Shown here one piece after another: positions 61,561-64,000 of a DNA stretch of 64,000 nucleotides. The DNA comes from Hydrolagus colliei (lineage: Eukaryota). Where the stretch lies: assembly GCA_035084275.1 (NCBI GenBank), contig CM068767.1, forward strand, positions 9,610,001 to 9,674,000, given 5' to 3'. A program made the translations under genes and the position numbers. The notes under the pieces were generated by a model, which searched no databases, was not told where the DNA came from, and saw only the letters and a program-made list of their open reading frames with translations. Each line of letters starts with the position of its first letter. Within the stretch, counting starts at the first letter, position 1.

Positions 61561-61819
61561 GTGTAACAACAGCCTTGAGGATGTGTTACCGGGGATATGG
61601 CTACCCTCTCACTCTTTTCCTGGAGGAGAGTGGTGTAGTGACTGTTTGTAAAATTCAAACTCAGGAACCAGAAGAAATTCTCGATTTTGATTTTTGCAGC
61701 ACAAACCTTATTAATAAAATTATAGTGCAGTCAGAGAGCCTGCGGGAGGCGTTTGCAGAACTTGACATGAGCAGTGAGGTATTACAAATCACCATGTCTC
61801 CAGACAAACCCTATTTCAG
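61561..61819 (+). CDS. RAD1: RAD1 internal exon
   Basis: TTALRMCYRGYGYPLTLFLEESGVVTVCKIQTQEPEE...ELDMSSEVLQITMSPDKPYFR; canonical ag/gt. Confidence 0.95.
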
Positions 61820-63123
61820 GTACTAATAACTAGAAATTCAAGCAGCTTTCAACACAGTTGACCAGTTTCTAAGTCCCTCCATTCCTCTGCACCCCCCTAC
61901 CTCTCTGAGCTCTTCTCCTTAACCCAGCACCCGCTGCCTTCGCTCCACTGGGTCTGGCCTGCTCCATATTCCCCCGAATCCTCCGCTCCACCCTCGGCGG
62001 CCGTGCCTTCAGCCACTAACGCCCTGAGGCTCTGGAACTCCCTTCCTCACTCCCTTCGACTCGCCCCCTCTCTTCTCAGCTTCAGGTCCCAGCTAAACGC
62101 CTTTCCCTTTGACCTTGCCTTTGGTCACCTTTTTACCCCTGCTCCTGGCTCGGTCCCGGGACCCATTACTGTGAAGCGCTCTGAGACGCCGTCCGGCCTG
62201 GAGGGCGCCATATAAATCAAAGTTGTTAAGTGGTCACCTGGTAGAGCATTGAGCTACACAGGAGCTACGCAGGAGCCGAGTCTATCAGCAACAGTGGCTG
62301 CCTGCCTTGCACACAAACAGACTTGCAATATACCGCAGAGACATGTAAGGGAGAATGACTGCTGACTGTTTAGGTGATCTGTTTTAATTGTGTAAAAGAG
62401 ATTATTTTTCATGATGATTTATATTGATAATTGTGTCCCACAGAAGATGCTTTTCTTAGATCATTCTACAAAAGGCAGCCATTATGTGAGATGTCTGTCA
62501 GATAGACTGAATAATTTTATGGTGATTCACATGTTTTAGTGTTCTATCTCAGGTTTTTGTGGGACACTGCTGTGCGTAATTGGCTCTCGTGTTTTGCCCA
62601 CAGATACACAGTCAGTAAATTCACTTCACAGTATATTCTGTGAAGCGCTTTGAGACGTCTAGAAGACATGAAAAGCACTGTATCAAATGCAAGGATTATT
62701 ATTGTTTTGTACTGTTATTGGCTTAAAAAATGAACACAATATATTTTCTGGGAATCAAAGGAATTTTACTTCACTGAAGAAGGAAAATATGCTTTTGACT
62801 CTTCGAAAGCCTTTTCCAGTTAGTCAGTCTCCCCCATATTTTCTCCAAACGCTTATATTTTTATTTTTTAAATATGGATCGGCAATAACCAAGCAACAAC
62901 TGTATTTGCCTAGAAAAGGTCATTACAGTTAACAGAAATTACTGTAAAGTACTTTTAGATATTTGTATGTGATAACTTTTGAGAGTTATGCTTTTTGTCC
63001 CTTTTCTCTTCCCTCTCTCATTTCTTCTCTTCTACTATTATTTTGAGATTCGTAATGCTGCACCACAGATGCTTATTTTCTGTCTTTTTTCCTCTGAAAT
63101 TCATTCTGTGCTTGCTATTTCAG

Positions 63124-63222
63124 GTTATCTACATTTGGGAATGCTGGGAGCACACACTGTGATTATCCAAAGAACTCTGATATGATGGAGGCATTTCACT
63201 GCAACCAGACTCAGTACAGCCG
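63124..63222 (+). CDS. RAD1: RAD1 internal exon
   Basis: LSTFGNAGSTHCDYPKNSDMMEAFHCNQTQYSR; ag/gt and phase consistent with neighbours. Confidence 0.95.
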
Positions 63223-63378
63223 GTCAGTAATTGTGCTGAGCACTTGTGCCTATAGTGTGGAACCTCATTGTTGTCAGTTATGAAAATTTACCTGATTTAA
63301 TTGATCAATTACATTGTACAAGTGTAATTTTGTTATTGATTGGTTTTTCAGAATTTTTTTCTTGTTTCTTTTGAACAG

Positions 63379-63562
63379 GTATAAAATCTCATTGCTGAAA
63401 CCATCAGCAAAAGCTCTGGCTCTGTCTTCTAAAGTTTCCATCCGCACAGATAACCGAGGATTCCTATCCTTGCAGTATATGATACGAAATGAGGATGGAC
63501 AGGTCTGCTTTGTGGAATATTATTGTAGCCCTGATGAAGAGATAGCAGAGTCAGAAACATAA
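63379..63562 (+). CDS. RAD1: RAD1 last coding exon
   Basis: YKISLLKPSAKALALSSKVSIRTDNRGFLSLQYMIRNEDGQVCFVEYYCSPDEEIAESET*. Confidence 0.95.
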
Positions 63563-63854
63563 TTATTAAATGTAATGCAGCACTTTGATTATCTGACCGC
63601 TGTGGGCTCCACTGTGCTCTGATCGGAAAGTTTAATGATGAGAGAGTTTCCTGACTCCACACTCCTCTGTACCTATCAGTAAGTAGGAACCTGGTTGTTA
63701 GTTGTTTAGCGGATCGCTTTCTGCTGATAAGAATCCCCATTAGAAAAAAACATAGTGATAATCATTATTTGGTCACTAAATCTATAACTGTCTGTGAGAC
63801 ACTGTTGCGCATAATTGGCTGCCATGTTTCACCCACAAAGATACGCAGTCAATC

Positions 63855-64000
63855 CAGTCGTGGATTGAAGTGACCCATTTTTATTATTTGTTTGCTTGAG
63901 GGATTATTATCAGCCATGTGGAGTAAGGAAACTTGCCCAAGTTTTCGCCTTGCTGGGAATCGAACCCAGGTCTGCTTGCAAGGCGATTGCTCCAACTACT
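63855..64000 (-). mobile_element. Deu-type SINE head fragment
   Basis: GGAGTAAGGAAACTTGCCC...GGAATCGAACCCAGGTC. Confidence 0.75.

Overview
Repeat-rich vertebrate genomic DNA, most likely from a cartilaginous fish (tRNA-head/Deu-domain/L2-tail SINEs, shark-type CR1 tails, L2, RTE, Tigger-like MITEs). Host genes are an intronless TSSK6-like kinase (5343-6140, -), a PRDM2/RIZ gene (-) and four coding exons of RAD1 (+, 61341-63562); I could not find the first RAD1 coding exon. In PRDM2 the 3.9-kb zinc-finger exon is intact, but the two recognisable PR/SET-domain exons (48039-48167, 43191-43320) are frameshifted. Highlights: (1) the kinase sits in a compact cassette with ten perfect CArG boxes, TATA at -31 plus Inr, two long 3' hairpins and a decayed tandem copy; (2) apparent germline loss of the PRDM2 PR domain, giving a RIZ2-only-like gene; (3) a tandem Neptune-type Penelope-like element at 55-60 kb whose SGNH-like ORF1 is joined to the RT/EN frame by a UUUAAAC -1 slippery site, and which carries a U3:A8 minimal hammerhead and ends in an interstitial (TTAGGG)n tract with telomere-priming polarity. 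All homologies were judged by eye from recalled family motifs; no searches were run.
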